From NCBI GenBank assembly GCA_030527285.1, contig JAUNBC010000004.1, positions 5,781 to 69,780 on the forward strand: 64,000 nt of DNA, written 5' to 3'. Both the position numbers and the translations under genes were made by a program. The notes under the pieces are model-generated. The model was given only the letters and a program-made list of their open reading frames with translations. It did no database searches and had not been told where the DNA came from. Source of the DNA: Bacillota bacterium. GTDB lineage: Bacteria > Bacillota > Dehalobacteriia > UBA4068. Positions 62,886 to 64,000 of this stretch are shown piece by piece (position 1 is the first letter of the stretch; each line of letters begins with the position of its first letter).

Positions 62886-64000
62886 CTATCTGTTCTTCAT
62901 CGTATTGCGCATACGCTGTGAATGTTCGAGTATTTGCTTGCGCAGGCGCAGCGATTTGGGAGTGACCTCCAGCAATTCATCGTCGGCAAGAAATTCCAGG
63001 CATTGCTCCAGCGATAACACCTTGGGCGGGATCAGGCGCAGCGCCTCGTCGGAGCTGGAGGAGCGCACATTGGTCAGCTGTTTCTTCTTGCAGACGTTGA
63101 CGGTCAGGTCGTCGGATTTAGGCGTTTCGCCGACCACCATGCCGGCATATACCGGCACATTGGCGCCGATGAACAGCTGCCCGCGCTCCTGAGCGTTATA
63201 CAGGCCGTAGGTGACGGATTCGCCGGTCTCCCAGGCGATCAGCGAGCCGGTGCTGCGGCGGCTGATATCGCCTTTATACGGCGCATAGCTGTCGAATACC
63301 GAGGCCATGATGCCCTCGCCGCGCGTATCGGTGAGGAATTCCGAGCGATAGCCGAACAGGCCGCGCGCCGGAACGAGGAATTCCAGCTTCATGCGGTTGC
63401 CGAGCGGGGTCATGTTGAGCATCACGCCGCGCCGCGCGCCCAGCTTCTCGATCACCGCGCCCACGGCGGATTCGGGCACGTCGATGATCACTCGTTCGAT
63501 CGGTTCGCAGAGCACGCCGTCGATGGTCTGATTGAGCATGCGCGGCGGCGATACCTGAAATTCGTAGCCCTCGCGGCGCATCGTCTCGATCAGTATCGAC
63601 AAATGCATCTCGCCGCGTCCGGCTACGCTGAAAGCGTCGGTACTGGCGCCGTCGCTGACCTTGAGCGATACGTCCTTGAGCGTTTCGCGTTGCAGGCGCT
63701 CGCGCAGATTGCGCGAGGTAACGTATTTGCCTTCGCGTCCGGCGAATGGGGAATCGTTGACCGAGAAGGTCATCTCCATAGTCGGCGCGGAAATGCGCAC
63801 GAAGGGCAGCGGCTCCACCGCGGCCGGGTCGCACAGCGTATCGCCGATGGTGATATCGCCGATGCCGCTCATGGCGATGATATGTCCGGCCGAGGCGGAA
63901 GCGACGGCGGCGCGCTCCAGGCCCTCGAATTGATAGAGGCTGACCGCCTTGGCTTTTTTATGCGGCCGCTCATTATGATAATCGCAAACGGCGAGCTCCT
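62886..64000 (-). CDS. typA: translational GTPase TypA/BipA, C-terminal part (5' end beyond window)
   Basis: ...LYQFEGLERAAVASASAGHIIAMSGIGDITIGDTLCD...EPLPFVRISAPTMEMTFSVNDSPFAGREGKYVTSRNLRERL... The frame is open (checked codon by codon) from 63873 to the window edge. Confidence 0.93.
   Translation of the reverse strand, partial: ELAVCDYHNERPHKKAKAVSLYQFEGLERAAVASASAGHIIAMSGIGDITIGDTLCDPAAVEPLPFVRISAPTMEMTFSVNDSPFAGREGKYVTSRNLRERLQRETLKDVSLKVSDGASTDAFSVAGRGEMHLSILIETMRREGYEFQVSPPRMLNQTIDGVLCEPIERVIIDVPESAVGAVIEKLGARRGVMLNMTPLGNRMKLEFLVPARGLFGYRSEFLTDTRGEGIMASVFDSYAPYKGDISRRSTGSLIAWETGESVTYGLYNAQERGQLFIGANVPVYAGMVVGETPKSDDLTVNVCKKKQLTNVRSSSSDEALRLIPPKVLSLEQCLEFLADDELLEVTPKSLRLRKQILEHSQRMRNTMKNR

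Noticed and set aside
1-64000. Screen for mobile elements, prophage, CRISPR arrays, toxin-antitoxin or known defence systems, rRNA/tRNA genes
   Set aside because: There are no transposase, integrase or recombinase-like ORFs. There are no spacer-repeat arrays and no cloverleaf-sized conserved RNA in the gaps (all gaps are under 190 nt and are accounted for by promoters, leaders and terminators). Gene content is core-genome throughout.

Overview
GC-rich, gene-dense chromosomal segment of an endospore-forming Firmicute (Clostridia-like). Sporulation and cortex genes are present (cwlD, pdaB-like, ylmC/ymxH, ytxC, yunB), as are AddAB, T-box and L20-leader regulation, and the rplQ-ecfAAT-truA-rplM-rpsI order. 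I support about 60 protein genes, mostly housekeeping: ribosomal proteins, thrS, pheST, infC, dapB, dut, glmM, cdaA/cdaR, mutS2, addAB, nth, PBP1A and typA. Two sub-60-aa ORFs are missing from the ORF track: a YqzL-like ORF and a DUF1540 ORF. selD is truncated in the track because it contains an in-frame TGA (selenocysteine) codon. I found no rRNA, tRNA, CRISPR array, transposase, integrase or phage/defence genes. The most interesting region is 53.3-60.2 kb. It holds a dedicated, translationally coupled ECF-type importer (S component, two ATPases, T component). That operon also encodes a membrane-anchored, exported mini-protein with a sulfite-oxidase/YedY-type molybdopterin-domain signature. 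It directly abuts yqeC-yqeB-xdhC-selD(Sec), the accessory set for selenium-dependent molybdenum hydroxylases. I propose this as a candidate, undescribed uptake-plus-maturation module for a Mo/W/Se or pterin species. This is inference from synteny and motifs only. Secondary points of interest: a COG2509 FAD protein translationally coupled inside the cdaA-cdaR-glmM c-di-AMP operon; a methanogen-type sulfide-dependent homocysteine module (COG1900, NIL-ferredoxin, COG2122) with an exact 18-nt direct repeat in its internal spacer; pheST lacking a T-box but preceded by a small ORF plus a strong hairpin. All coordinates were read by eye, so small regulatory sites may be off by 1-2 nt.
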